Source of the DNA: Cyanophora paradoxa CCMP329
Taxonomy: Eukaryota > Plantae > Glaucophyta
Length of the DNA: 64,000 bases
Assembly (NCBI GenBank): GCA_004431415.1
Contig: QPMI01000182.1
Coordinates: forward strand, 62,001-126,000
Direction: 5' to 3'
Both the position numbers and the translations under genes were made by a program. The notes under the pieces were generated by a model. The model worked only from the letters and a program-made list of their open reading frames with translations, was not told the origin of the DNA and ran no database searches. How positions within the stretch are numbered: the first letter of the stretch is position 1; each line of letters starts with the position of its first letter. Positions 43,637-57,800 of this stretch are shown here, piece after piece.

Positions 43637-45080
43637 ATGTCCGTGCCATCGGAAGCCGAGCTCTTCAGCGGCTATGTTCTCCCAAATTTCAAGGATGCCT
43701 TGTACACATTTGGCGGCGCCAGGGCGGGCTTCAGCGGCGGCCTGTCGACCCGACAATCAGGGACGTTAGCAGGGGTCGGGTTCGCCGCGTCGACGACAAT
43801 GGATCTTCTCGACTGCAAATATCCAGGGATCCTTGCATGCGGCTACGGGGTGCGTTGCGCGCGATCGGTTGCAATTACTCATGATAATGGCAATTCCACT
43901 GCGCGTTGCAAGCTTAGAATCAATATATATATTTATAGATTACGATCAACGCATACGATGTATACTCCTGCGTGCGCAGGACCACACTTGCACTGGTGCT
44001 GGAAACGTGGACTTCAAAAAGTACTTCGGATTTGTTCCTGGCCGACCCGGGGTCGCGGACAGAGAGTGCGCGCAACCATGATTGCCCCCCCCCTCCCCGC
44101 GATATGTACTGATCATGGCCATGATTTTGACCACGGACAGTGCCTGCTTTTATGATCCATGGTGCAACAGCTTCCAGCATCAAGTTGGCACGTGCAGCTC
44201 CCGTTTGAAGAAAGGAGAGTGCGCCCGCTTGCAATTGGAAAGCTTGTATTCTTTATCCATTCTCCGTTGCAATGGATCGTGCATGCGAGCATGCGCTGGC
44301 GCGCCATTAACATTCGAAACGCAGTTGCTACAAAGGAGTAAAGCCGGATGGCACGGGGAAGGATTTTCTGGGCACCACCGACGACATCATGCAGTGCGTT
44401 CAGAGGGGCGGCAAGTACATGTGGTGCGCATGCATCCAATTATATTATATAGCCTCGCCGGCTCGGTTTAACGCGTTCCGGTCACCAGGTTCTGGCACGA
44501 TTGGTTTTGGATCAACAAGTCGCACCCTGACTGGCTGAAGGTCTATCCTGTCAAGGCCCGGGAGTTCGAGATACGCGTGCACAACGACGGGGCTTATCAC
44601 AAGGTCCAGAAGTGGGGATTCGACTGGTTCGATGTCAAGCGCGACAAGCCGAAAACGTGGGGTTCCTCCCACAAGAACTACAAGGCTCTGCGGCAGGTGG
44701 ACTCGGAAGTGCAGGTTCGCGCTTGCCTTTTTTAGTTCTCTGCTAGTGCTCGATATCGGCATGCTCTGACCTCAATGGCCAATCGCGATGCCAGCTGCAG
44801 GCGAGCGACGTCGACGGCACGGCCAGCGCGGCGGGCGGTCGCGATCTCGAGGAGCTCCCTGATGGCCTCTTCGAAGTGGAGAGGGGCCAGCTGGCCGCGG
44901 ACGCCGGCGCCGGCGCTGGGCCGGCCTTCTTCGACGAGGCCGACTTGGTCTTCGACGCCTACGCCGACGCCGACCGCGACGTGCGCTCGCTCGCGATCGG
45001 GCCCGGCCCGCGCTCTAGATCTCGTCCCCAGCCAAACTGAGCTTCGCTGGTCACAGGGCGCCGAGGACTGGCAGCTCTGA
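43637..45080 (+). CDS. Multi-exon Cys/Trp-rich orphan protein with acidic tail (weak PLA2-like motif)
   Basis: Splicing gives MSVPSEAELF...LACGYG|DHTCTGAG..|..CFYDPWC..|CYKGVKPDGTG..TDDIM.|FWHDWFW...|..DADRD|GAEDWQL*. Confidence 0.65.
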
Positions 45081-45399
45081 TCGCTCCGCTCGAGTCCGAA
45101 GCCTCAAGCTTCGAATTCAGGCTAGGCCCAGGCTTAGATCTAGACCTAGACCTAGACAACGTTCTTACAATATTTTCTCAATGCAAGCAGATCTAGAGGG
45201 CCAGGCCTCGTTTTGCTCGCTGTAGTAGTCAACGGGGAGGGGGGGAGGGGGAGTCAACGTTTTAGGTAAGAGGTGGGCCCGCGGGCCGTCGCGGCCCCAT
45301 GAGCTGGCCATGGGCCGGGGCCGGGGCCGGGGACCTGGTCGGGGCTAGGGTTCTAGGAGCGCGCGGCAGCTCAGCGGAGGGCCCCGGGCGCGGGGGGGG

Positions 45400-48128
45400 G
45401 GGGGGGGAAGGGGGGGGATACTGGTAGACGAGGAGGCAGAGGCGGTCGACGCGGAGCCCGCTCCCGCACCGGTACCCCCGAAGACGCCCTGCCCGGGCCG
45501 GCGTCTGGGGGCAGCGGGAGTTCCGGGGCGGGCAGGTCGGCCCGCGTGACGTCCAGCGCCGCTTTCGATGCAGGAGCAGCGGCAGTGCGTGTGGTCGCCG
45601 CCTCGAGCCCCCGCCGCCTCTGCCCGCCGCCCCCGTCAGCGCGCTGGGGGTACGGCGATCGAAAGCAGGGGGGTACCTTGAAGAAGCCATCCTCGCGATC
45701 GGGGGGGGGGGGGGAGCGGAAGGTGCGGTCGGGGGCGGAGGGTTGCCGGCGCGTCAGGGGTGGGGGAGGAGGGGGCGGGGGGTACTGACGCGGAAGAGGC
45801 GACCGGCGCGGCTGCAGAGGGCGACGTCCGTCCGGCGCGGGCGGATCGGCTCACGGGGGCCCTCGCCCCCGCCCCGCCCCTGCCGCCCCTGCCGCGTCTC
45901 CGAGTCGCCTCCTCGCCGCCCGCCGCGCCCTCGCCCCGCAGCCGAAGTTCTGGAAGACGAACGGCACGTACGCCGTCTCCCGCGCGTGCACAAGCAGCAG
46001 CGGAAGCTACGGGGGAGGAAGCGGGGCGGGGCTACCTCGTTGCGCTCGGAGCCGCGCGATCAGGGATGAGGCCGACGACCTCGAGCGGCGTCGCAAGCCC
46101 GCCGCTCCCAATTGTAAGCGTCCCGCACGATCCTGCACCCCTCGGGTAAGGGGTACCCCCGCACCGGAGGTCGAGGTCGTCGAAGGAGAGGATGACGCAG
46201 TCGTCGTGGGGGTACGTGTTTACGAATGCGACCTCGAAGAAGCTGAGCGGAGGGGGTACGGCGATCGCTTCGCGGCGCGGGGGCGCACCAGGTGCGGCCG
46301 AAGGAGGGGTAGAAGGAGCGGTCGGTGGTGGGCTCTGCGTGAGCATGCCTTGAATCGCCTGCTTCTTCCGCCTCTGCCCCGCTCCGCCGCACCGCTCAGC
46401 CGCGGTTGCGCCCCGCGCGCAGAGTCGAGCGGGCCGCTGCGGGGCCCGGGCCCGTCGGCGTCGGGGGGTAGCGGGGCACCGGGAGGGGCGGGCGCACGTC
46501 TGGGTACCGGTCTCCTCCAGATCGGCCTTGCGGGCGGGCAGGAGCGGCCACTTCTGATGATTGCTGGCGCCGGCGCAGCGGCCGGCGCGGCGAGGGGCTT
46601 GCTGAGGTGCGCGGGCAGCTGCGGGGCCAGCGGGGCCTGGAGGCGGGGAGGGAGGCGTGGCGGGCTTGGCGACGCGCTTCGGGGGGGAGTGTGCCTCCGG
46701 AGGCGCGGCTTGGCGGCCGGCGGCCGGTGCTGGGGTGAGGGTCTTGACGGCCTTCGCGGGGGTAGGCGCCCTCGCCTGGGGCCGGGGCGGCGCCACAGCC
46801 TTCGGCGGCTCGGGCTGCGGCGCCAGCTGCAGGGCCGGCGGCGGCGTCGCCTGCCCCCTGCCCCCGCTCCCGCGCCGCCTCTTCTCCACCGACCCGGCGT
46901 GACCTGCGCTGCGGCCGCGGCCGCCCCTCAGACTCCGCCGGCCCGCGTCCGTACCCCCCTCCGGGATCGGCGCACCCCTCCGAGTCGGCGTAGCGCGACC
47001 CCCCGCGGATTGTGTCGGCCAGCTCCCGAGGTGGGAGAGGATAGGGGGCGGACAGCGGACACGCCTTGATCATGACGGGGCACCGGCGCGCAGGATGCGC
47101 ACGGACGCGCCCCGGCTCCGTGGGGACCTCCGTTCGATGGTGCGGGGGATGCGGGGGTACTCGGACCTGCGAGAGGGGGCGAGGTGAGGGGCGGCGGGGA
47201 GGGGGCCGGGGGCGCGGGGCGCGCATCACGCGGAGGGCGGCGATGGAGCGAAGGGCGCAGGCGCTGGCGCCCTCCTCGTCCTCGGGGGGCGCCTCCCCCG
47301 CGTCGGCTCGGCCGGCCTTCAACGGGCGCGCCCGGCCCGCCCGCGTCATCACGAGGGCCCCCTCCTGGCCCCCGGCCGGCGCGCCTGCCCCCGCCCGCCC
47401 TCAGAGCGGGCCGCGGGGGGGCGCGGGCCCGGGGACGGGTAGAGCGCACGGTCGAAGACGAAGGCGGCCTCGGGGATCGAAGCCGTCAGCTCCGTCTCCT
47501 CGGGATCCCTGTGCCGCCGTCGGGCCCGGCGGAGCGGCAGGCGAGGCCCTGAGGCGGGCGCACGTTTGGGTGCCGGTTTCCTCCAGATCCGCCTTCCGGG
47601 CCGCGTGAGCAATTGCAAGAGCGGCCACATCGCCTCCGCCCGCACCGGCACAGGCCGCGGGCGCTCGCTGGCAGCTGCGCGCATGCAGGGAGATCGGCGC
47701 GGTCTTGGGCGGACCGGTGAGGCCATCCCCGCGCCGCGAGCCGTTGCCTAGAGCCCGCGGCCGGGTCAGCGAGCTCGAGCCGAGAACGTATACGCGCACG
47801 TTAACCTCGGCAACTTGTCGCACCGTCAGGAGCGCGACCCAGGCTCGTCAGGCTCGAATCGAAGCTGCTTGGCAGATCTAGAGCAGCCGAGCGCGAACGA
47901 CGCGCGGACGATCGGTAGCGCTCAAAAGAATCGCAGTTGAATGAGCTTTTGCGCATTGCCGCTGCAGGGCGATTTGCTGCAACTAGACGCGAGAGCTGCA
48001 ACTAGACGCGAGAGCTGCGCGCGGCAGGCGCTGCATGGCAGCTCTGCTCTCCGAGCCTGTACCCCCTCGAAAGCGAACTGTGAACTCTGCTCTCCGCGCT
48101 GCGGCGGTGCCCGGCGATCCTCGGGCAT
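45400..48128 (-). CDS. Multi-exon Pro/Ala-rich hypothetical protein with an internal repeat (boundaries approximate)
   Basis: Exon ARKADLEETGTQT occurs twice (~46497-46535, ~47562-47602); globular exons LSFFEVAFVNTYPHDDCVILSFDDLDL and RVDRLCLLVYQYP. Confidence 0.45.
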
Positions 48129-48479
48129 TATTACTCCACGCGCTGACCGAAACCGTAACCGTTCTCGTGAAACCCACGACTGTTAGACTCACTCAGCGGC
48201 CGCGGCGAGGCACGTCCAGTCGGCCAATGCTTTGCATCGTACCGACGGGTGCGTGATGCTCGCTCTCCGTCCGCTCCGCCGCCTCTTCGAGTGCTGACCA
48301 ACCGACCTTAAGGCCGCCTCCAACCCCGCGACTGGACCGCCCTGGGCACATCGCGCATTTATGAAGTTTCAGAACGCGTCCACTGTCTCGCAGCCGCGCG
48401 CCTCAGCCATAACGCGAGCTCGGCGCCCGGCGCGTGGTTTCCGCGGCGCGTGGTTTCCGCGGCCCCCGCGGCCGCCGCG

Positions 48480-49475
48480 TGCAACCCGATCCGGGCTCAG
48501 CTGCAGCTCATCGCACACGGTCTGGTGTGTGGAGCCGTAGCGCGCGCGAACCGCTGGCCCCGGCGCGCCTCGGGCGCCGCCTCCAAGCCCGAGGTCCGGT
48601 GCGAGCCGCCGTATTACTACGGTACCTTACGCTTCCGAGCCGCTGTGCCGGCGCGCGCCTCGCAGCCGCCGCGGCGCGCGCTTGGAGCACTAATCATGCG
48701 TCCGGGCAGGCGGCAGGGCGCGCGGGAGGGGCTGGAGCGCGCCGGCGCCAGCGGGCGGGCGCTCCGGCGGCTCGGGGAGGCGCAGAGGCGGCGCGGGCTC
48801 CGTCCGGCCCCGCGCGATCGCAGCGGACTCTTCTCTTGTCCTTTTCGCTAGCGAGTGTGCTCTGGACCCGCGCCGCCACCTCAGGGCCGTCTAGATCTCC
48901 CGCCCCTCTCACACCCCGGCCGAACAGTATTTTCAATGTACCCATCCGCCACGGCGCCGCCAGGTCCCATCGAGCGCACCACTGGAGTACCCTTCTCATT
49001 CCCGATCGAACCGTGTGCGGCACGCAGTGGGGGTGAGTCCGAAGTACCCGTACCCCCCCTGCCCCCTCCGGACCCGACCTTCGCCCCAGGACCCCGTTGG
49101 ACTTTTGCCCGCCCCTCTCGAGCGCGGCGGATCCGATGGTGCGCGCCTCGCCGCCCGTAGCTGCAGCCCCGAGGCGCTGGAACCGAGGCCGGCCCTCCGA
49201 CCAGGTACCCCGGCGCCCCTGGGGCCGGCCCGGGGGGCGGAAGGCCCCGGAAGGGGGCGGGGGGCGGGACGATGCGCCGGAGCGGAGCCGGAGAAGGGCG
49301 AAAGGGCGGGCGGCGGCGCGCTGGAGCCAAGCCGGCGCCGCGGTCGGACGGTGCGAGCGCCCTCGCGCCCCGCCGCTCGCGCGCGCCGCCCTCTGAAGCG
49401 GGCTCCCAGAGGGCCCGGAACCGTCGCAGCTGGGCGAGGAAGTCTGGCCGAGACGCGCGCAGACCGCGGAGCCCT
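48480..49475. repeat. Dispersed ~0.9-1 kb duplication, copy A
   Basis: High identity to 56885-57800 in the same orientation. Confidence 0.9.
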
Positions 49476-52122
49476 CGACCCGCCTCGCGATCGGGCTGCA
49501 GCGGGCCCCTCCCGGCCCCTCCCCGGGGCGCCCCGGCGCGGCGGGGAGGCGAGGCCGGCGCCGCTGCCGGTGAGGCGGCCGCCTCGCCCTCCCCGTCCCG
49601 CTCCGCCTCGAGCGCCGCCGTCGCCCACGCCTCCGCCGCCGGAGGCGACGGAGTCGCCGGGCCCGCGGCCTCCTGCGGGCTCCAAGCGGCCCTCCCCCCC
49701 CCCCCCGTCCCCCCCCCGTCCCCCGCCCCCCTGCCCGCGGACTCCGGCGGGCTCCCAAGCGGCGCCCCTCAACCCGCCCTCCTCTCCTCGCCGCCCCGCA
49801 GACGGGCGCGCGGGCGCGGGGCCCTCCCCTCCGGCCCGCGGCCCCGCAAGGGGGCGGGCGGCCCTCCGCCCCCGCGGCCCCCGCGGCCGGTGGCGCTGGC
49901 AAGCCAGCCGAGAAGCCAGGGCCGCCAAGCGGCTTGGGCCAGCCCCGGTGCAAGCTTTCGGAATTTTGGGCCAGCCCCGCCGGGCCGGTGCAAGCTTCTA
50001 TAGCTAGCCCCGCCAGCCAGTGCCCTACGGCCCCTACCCCGGTCCCCGGCGCGGCGGCGCCGGCGCCGGCGCCCATCCGCCGCATCCGGATTCCGGATTC
50101 GATGATCCAGGAGGGGACCCCGCGGGGGTCGATTGCGATTGCAAGCACACCTCTATCGATTGCAAGCGATTGTAGAGCTGGCGCCCCTAACGGGCACCAT
50201 CTTCTCGTCTCCGGAATGCTATAGCGAGCGAGGAAAACTACTGAGAATGAACTCGTAGCGGGGCAGGATCTCGAGAAGGTTCGAGAGCCTAGTCAGGTCT
50301 AGTAAGGGAGGGGAAGGCCCGACCGGCCGGCCGCAGGGGCCGTCTCCACTAGTGTTCGCCGTCGTCAAGGTGGGAGGCCCACCCCGTGGCCGCCGCCGGC
50401 GCGGCCGCGGGTTGCGCTGCCACACGCCGCGGGCGCGGGGATCGGGAGGGTCGGGAGGGCGGAGGCCGCGGACGTGGCCACGGGCGCGCCGGCGGGGGGC
50501 CGGGGGTGGTCGCCGCATGCGCAGGGCCCGAGCTCGAGAGGAGGTGGAACGCAAAGCCCGGGTCGCCGCCTGGCAGGGAAGGCGGGGCCGGGGGGCGGGG
50601 GCAGGCGGGGGCGGGGGTGGATCGATGGAGAAAGAACCTGAGGTCTGGGGCGCGGAAAGTGAGGCGCGCGCCATGGCGGTCCGGTCCGGCGCCGGCGGAA
50701 AAGCGATAAACGGTGGCGCAGGCATGCTGCTAGTGCAGCAATGCTAGAAAGCGCCATGTCTCTTCCTGGCCGCTCGACGGGCCGCCCGGGACGGCAATAT
50801 GCACAGCGCCTCGCGATCGCGAAGGCAGGCCTAGGCCGAGCGCCGTCGGGGCAGGCCACGTCGTCGCATGCGCAGACATGGGACGGCGAGCGGTATTCTT
50901 GGCTTAAAAAGGAGCGATGTCGATGCACTCTTGCAGCTATGAGGGCGTACTCGGCTGCGCGCCGAGGGCCTAAGCGCTAGCGCCGTCTCCAGTCTCTAAC
51001 CGGCGGCCGGCGCCGCGGTCGCTAGTGCGGACATGTACAGGGCGGTGCCGCGGGGCGGCGGGGCAGCGCGCGCGCGGCGCGCGCGGTCAGCGCAGGCGGC
51101 TCCCTGGCGATATCGAAGTCCGGTGTCGATGTTCGCCCTCGCGTACGCCTGCGTGCGCCCGCGTATACGTACACGAATTCGAAGCTGCCGATCGCGAGTG
51201 GAAAGCGTGAGCACGAGCCCGTGATCGATGGAGCGCAGAGCATCGGTGGCTATGGAGAGCAGAGTTAAATGGTAACATCCTAATGGCGACCCTTGCCCGG
51301 TTCGCATACGCGAGGGACCGGGCGTACGTGTACATGTATACGTACGCGTACGTGCACGGGCGCGCGCGCGCCCTATCGGGCGGGCGGGGCCGGCTGGAAG
51401 GCTGTTCTATCGCACACTGAGCTACCTGCGACTAGGGCTGAAGGCCGGCAGCGACTGCTGGCGCGCGGACCGGATTGCGAGAACCGATACGCTTGCTCGA
51501 GCTCGAGCTCGCTGGGAGGCGTGGCGGCTTGGGGAGGTTTTCGGACACGCTTCGGAGTCTCTGCGGGGGCCCACCGGTCGCCGCTATCCCGCGCGCCCTA
51601 CTCTAGATCTACGCTCCCGGCGTGCTCCCAGCTGCAGGGGGGTACTCTAGTTATTCGGTATGCATATGATTGCATGATGATTGTCGAGTCATTGATAGGC
51701 TTGCGGCTCGAGCCTACTAGGCTAGCCGGCTTGCTAGCCGGCAAGGCCCGGCCGCGGGCGCCGGCGCCGGCGTGCCGGCAGTGCCCGCCGCTGCCCGGCA
51801 CTGCCGGGCATGCGCAGCCCTAACTTACCGGCGTACTACGGACCAGTCTACGGTACGTACTACCGCCGCCCCAGTCTACCGGTACCGCACTAGTAGGCTA
51901 GTACTACGGTAGTAGCGGCACTACTACGGCGTACAAACCGTACCGTAGAGGCGCGTACGTACTACGTAGTACCGTACTACGGTACTACGGAGTCTACGGT
52001 ACTGTAATACCGTAGTTACGGCGTAGTACCTACGGTTACGGGCCGGGGTAGCCGACGAGCCGTCGGTGGGATTCCCGAGTACGGCCGCGGGCCGGGAGCT
52101 CGAGAAATCGCGCCGCGGCGGC

Positions 52123-55100
52123 ATGGATTTTGAGGCCGCGTTGTCGATAGCAGAGCGAGCGCTCCCGTCCCTCGAGGCCGGCGGCGCGCGAGCCGTCGAG
52201 ATCCGGGACAGCGTCGCCGCGCAGCTGCAGCACGCGAAGCTCGCACTCGCCGTCCTCGACCGCTTTGACAAGGCGACGGACCTACTGCACGGCTCCCAGT
52301 CCACAGCGAAACGGATCCGAAATGATGCATACGATGTGCGTGTTCATATGTGTGTGTATATATACCGCCGGCGCGGGCGCGGCATGTCTATCACTGTACA
52401 TGTAAATCTTATATATGCATTGCGTCATATATGCATGTGAAGCTCCTCGGCATCGCACGGCGGTTGGCGCACGTGGAGCGTCGCATGTGCGGCCTCCGGG
52501 CGCTCTGCTCGGCGGATGTCAAGGCACAGGACGCCTTCGCGGCCGCCGTCGCCCCGCTTGCTTCGGTGCGTACGTATGATATCCGGGCCGATTGCGATGC
52601 GCTAGCTACAGCCTGGCAGCCCGGCGGGGTCCCGGGGCCCTGTACATGTTATATACTATGATATGATTGCATTTACGTACCGTATACTAATCAGGCCCGC
52701 GATATCACAGTGTTGCCGTCACTGACTCCGTGGCACGCGCCGCGGCGCGCACTTGCGCAGCGGGTGCGAGACGCGGCCGACCGCGAACTCAAAGCGCTGG
52801 AGGCCGTTGCGAGCAAGATCGAAGCCAAAGGCCTAGGGGACGCGTACGGCTATGGATTGCGCAAATCAGGTGCACGTGCCTTCAAGTTCCTTCTCAAGCT
52901 TCATGGAGAACTGCAACTGGTGTGCCCGCGGCCGCTTCTTAACTTGTAATTTAGATATTTCTACTAGATAATACATGCATATGTTTGGGCCGTTACAGTC
53001 GCTTTGAATTCGTGCGTACGCAGCTCAATCGTGAGATGCGCAGATTCTCGAGGTGGAAGCAATCGAGGATATGTACAAGAAGAAGTGGCTCGTTTTTGGC
53101 GAGGACAAGAAAGCGAAGATGCAGAAGTTCAAGGCGCGTTCCGCGCATGCTCGTGATCAACTGCAATTGTATTCAATGATTGAACTAATCGGACGCATAT
53201 GATCGGGTATACAGGACGCGTTCTTGCGCTACTGTGCTCTCTCTGCTACTACTCTGGTCTCATCGTTTCTGAATAAGGCAACGGGAAGCATTGAGGACCT
53301 AGGCATCGAGGAGCAATCAGTCTTCCACGGAAAGTCTGAAGAAGAGGTGCGCTGATCAATATATAGATATACCTTAATTTAAATCTATCAGCTTGCATGA
53401 AAGCCTGCTCACGTGCGAAGCCGCAATCCTGCGTGTTCATGAGACCAGATCGAAGAGAAGGTCACGGTCCGTAATTATAACGTAGTAAAGCCTGCATGAT
53501 ATTACATTAGTCTGTTTTGTGAATCGTTGATCGCACACATTGCATGCGTGCAGACGGCCATTAGAGACGTACGGTCGAGGGCTCTCGAGGAGATCCGGCG
53601 CATGCGTTCCGACCTCGCCGCGAGGATCGACGCCGGCGAGTCCTTCACTCGCGTTGTTGAAGGAGAGGTGATCATCGGATCTGAATGACCCCGCGATTAC
53701 TTCCCTCGAGTTCCCAGCGATCAGGGCTTTAATCGGTCACGCGCAGAGGAAGAAGAAAGAGGAGCTCGAGGAGCAGAACCAGCAAGCAGTCGCTCAAATG
53801 AGGTCTGAGCAGGAGAAGATGGTGAAGGACGCGCACGTTCAGGCGACGATCCCCGAGCTGCATGGCGCCGTGCACGCCCTCTGGCAGCGCGTGCGCCTCG
53901 AGCCATTTGCCCAGCCGGATCAGGAGTTCCCCACCCTCCTTGAGAAAGTCCGAGGTTCGTCTCTATCGATATCTCGTTATCGATATCTCCACTCTCCCCC
54001 CTTTCCCGCGGGCAGCAAGACTCCCCACTTGACGAACCCGTCTAATTCGTGACTCGGTGCAGAGGCTTTGGACGCGCCCGAGAGGGAAGAGAGAAATGCC
54101 CTCAAGCGCCAGCGAGAGCAGGAGAAAGCAGAAAAGGACAACAGGCGTCACCTCGTGCGTGTACTGTATTGTATTGTATACGTACATATGTGTTTATATG
54201 TGCATACTAATACGTGCATCTGTTCCGATTCGCTGATCATGATCATGTGCGTTTCCGGTTGCGGATTGCTTTCAGTTTGGAGCGGCGGCTGGAGCACTGT
54301 CTTCAATTGTGTTTGGGGGTAGCTCCACGGTTCGGAGTGCTGTTTCAGCTGTTGTCCGAATCGGCTCATCTGCCGGGTACTACCTCAGCATTGGTGAGCC
54401 TTTTCACGCTTTGACGGGAGGGGGGGGGGGGGGGGGGGGGGGTGCCTTTTTCCAATTAATATTGCAAGTTTGGTTTCGCGTGGGGTCCCGATTTTGAATA
54501 CGCTCGATCGCGAGTGCAGCGGGTGCCGTGGTGGGACTTGGATTCGCGGCGAAGTTCGCGCACGAGACTCACTCAGCGAGTAAGGAGGCCGACGCGTACA
54601 TCGACCCCAGCAAGCCGATTGGGGTCCAAATTGCGGAGTGCTTCTTCAGAGCTCTGTTCCGCCCCGTTGGGCTCTTCCTGGGGGCTATGTCCACCGGGGT
54701 CGCGGTCCTCTTCGCGTGCGGCTGCGCCGGGCTCGCCGTCTTCTTCCACCTCGTGGGGAGCAGCGCGCCGGAGACGTCTCCGGCTGTTAAAGCGCTGAGC
54801 TTTGGCTTTATGTTTGCATGCGGTTTCGCAATCCCCCAAACGTTTATGGCCCCATCTCCGGATCCGGACACCAACGCCGTTCCAGAGAGCACGATTGCGA
54901 AACGCGCCATCGCAGAGAAACGAGTGCGCTCTCTCCTTATCGCATTTATATTCAAAATAACTCAAACTCGAAGACCACACGATGCAGCGGGTCTATATAT
55001 AACTACTTGCACTCATTTTCTCGGTTGTTTTTAATTTGCACATGTACACAGATTTCGATACTGGAACAAAAGGCGGAGGCCATGAAGAGCTCAGCAGAGG

Positions 55101-55260
55101 CGGACAGTCGTGAAGATGCTGTGTGTTCGGCCGACTTCGCTCCCGAGGCCTTGGCCGAGTCGAGCGCCGACGTCGGAGATCTCTTCCCCGCTTCCTCTTT
55201 CGATGCAGAGCTGCACACACAGTACACGGAGCTCCTTCGGCGCCTGGGCGTTCGCGTCTG
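52123..55260 (+). CDS. Multi-exon helical/coiled-coil protein with a hydrophobic multi-pass segment (3' end uncertain)
   Basis: Exons MDFEAALSIAER.., LLGIARRLAHVE.., ILEVEAIEDMYKKK.., and VGLFLGAMSTGVAVLFACGCAGLAVFF..LSFGFMFACGFAI at 54528-54925. Confidence 0.55.
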
Positions 55261-56884
55261 ATTTCTTTCCGGATATCTATCGGATATGAGTCTTGCAAAT
55301 GAAATCTCAAGTCCATCTATTCATTAATTTCAATTTATTCCAGGTGCAGGAAGGGGGGGGAAGGGGGGGGGGGGGGGGAGGGATTGCGGGGGAGGGCGCG
55401 GAATGCCCAGATGCACATCTCGTCTCGTCCGTTGCTAAGCAGGCCGGGCTGATTGGCGCTGGTGCGGGGTGGGTGCGAAGCTCGTCGAGTCGGTCGCTCC
55501 CGTCCCGATCGCTTCGGGCTGACTGGAGGCACAGGCCTAGGATCCTCTCTTGCAATTGCGCCTGGCGGCGGCGCGCGTGCCAGCGGTGCGGGGCGGCGGG
55601 ATGGCTGTGCTGCACGGGCGCTCTGTCGCAGGAGTCGCTTCCGGGCGCCGCCCCGCAGAGCGCGCTCCGTTCCGATGCAATGCGAGCCGCCCCGCTCCTC
55701 TGCGGCACGTGCGCGCCGCGCGCGATCGAGCGCATCCAATCGATTTCGCAGGTCACTTGCAGATCCTTTCTTTGCAGAAAGCTATCTTGTCGGGGCGGCA
55801 CGGGTGCGCTCTGCTCGCGGCGTGGCGGTGCGCAGTTCTGACGGGACCCCCAGCAGTTTTCCAGGTGTACCCCTCCGCCGCGGGCCAATCATGCGGAGCG
55901 GACGTCATCGCAGGATCCGGACTCACGGCGTCGCGCCCTTTCGAACGATGTCCGGCACGCCCGGCCGTGTACCCCCCTTCAGCGACCCCGCGATATGGCG
56001 GTCGTTTGAAAGCTGGCGATCGCGACGGGCTCTGCGCGAATCTGACATCGCGGCAGCACGGCGCGGCACCGCTCCGCCCTTGATTGAGAGGAAAAGCTTT
56101 AGCCCGGCTGGAGTTTCTCGCTGTAACCCTCCCACCTCGGGGTGCCAGCGTAGTTTCTTTTATCCCCGCTACCCAATTGCAAATCGAACCTGAAAGGCGC
56201 CCTCACAGCTCGGCGACCCGAGGGCTCGCCGCTGACTACTGCTGCCTCGGCCTTTCGTGCCCTCGCCGCGGCCACGAGGCCCGAGGAACTTTAGGGCGGC
56301 GCCCTGCTCGGAGCTCCCGCGCCTAGCTATAGGCATCCTCGCCCCCCCCCCCCCCCCCCCCCTCCCCCCTCTCCCTCCACCGCGGGCCTCCCGGCCCGCG
56401 CCTCATGATCAGCCGCGGGCGCCCCGGCGCACACTCTGTGCGCACCCGTCGCACGTCGCCCCCCGCCCCGCCGCCCCTCGGAAACTGATCCCATCGCAGC
56501 CGACGCGGCGCCCGCCGTTTGCCTCCAGGAGGCGAGTGCGGCGAGAGCGCGTTGGTACCCCTCCGCTCTGGCTCGCAGCTCTTCACAAATAATTGCCGTG
56601 GTCTTCTGCGGACAATGCCTGCCCGCGCGGCGCTCCCTGCCACTGAGCTCCCGCCGTGCAGCGCGTCATGGCTGAGAGGGCGACGCAAGCAAACGCAAAC
56701 GCAAGCAGGCGTCCGCGGCCAGCTCACTGCGGCGCTGCTGAAGAAGAACGACGAGGGAGAACGGCAAGCTTTCCTTCTTTTGCTAAGCTTTGCTACGTCT
56801 TTCTAGCCTGATACGTCCTTCCTCAGGTGATCCTGGCCTGCGCGGGCCTGGCCAGAAGGGCACCGGCAATCCGCGGCGCCCCGC

Positions 56885-57800
56885 CCGACCCAATCCGCGC
56901 TCAGGTACAGCTAGCGCTCCGACCGCACACAATTTGGAAAGCCAAGCTGTACGTACCGCGCGCGAGCCGCTGGCCCCGGCGCGCCTCGGGCGCCGCTGCC
57001 AAGTCCGACGGCCTCTTGCGAGCCGCCGTGCCTTCCGAGCCGCTGTGCCGGCGTGCGCCTCGCAGCCGCCGCGGCTCGCGCCTGGAGCACTTCTCATGCG
57101 TCCGGGCAGGCGGCAGGGCGCGCGGGAGGGGCTGGAGCGCGCCAGCGGGCGGACGGTCCAGCGGTTCGGGGAGGCACAGAGACGGCGCGGGCTTGTCCGG
57201 CCCCGCGCGATTGCAGCGGACTCTTCTCTTGCCCTTTTCGCTAGCAAGTGTGCTCTGGACCCGCGCCGCCACCTCAGGGCCGTCTAGATCTCCCGCCCCT
57301 CTCACACCCCGGCCGAACAGTACTTTCAATGTACCCATCCGCCACGGCGCCGCCAGGTCCCATCGAGCGCACCACTGGAGTCCCCTTCTCATTCCCGATC
57401 GAACCGTGTGCGGCACGCAGTGGGGGTGCGTCCGAAGTACCCGTACCCCCCCTACCCCCTCCGGACCCGACCTTCGCCCCAGGACCCCGTTGAACTTTTG
57501 CCCGCCCCTCTCGAGCGCGGCGGATCCGATGGTGCGCGCCTCGCCGCCCGTAGCTGCAGCCCCGAGGCGCTGGAACCGAGGCCTGCCCTCCGAGCATGTA
57601 CCCCGGCGCCCCCGGGGCCCGCCTTGCGGCCGGAGGCGAACGCGGCGGAGGCCCCTCGCCGCGCCGCGGTCGGACGGTGCGAGCGCCCTCGCGCCCCGCC
57701 ACTCGCGCGCGCCGCCCTCTGAAGCGGGCTTCCAGAGGGCTCGGAACCGTCGCAGCTGGGCGAGGAAGTCTGGACGAGACGCGTGCAGACCGCGGAGCCC
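56885..57800. repeat. Dispersed ~0.9-1 kb duplication, copy B
   Basis: High identity to 48480-49475. Confidence 0.9.
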
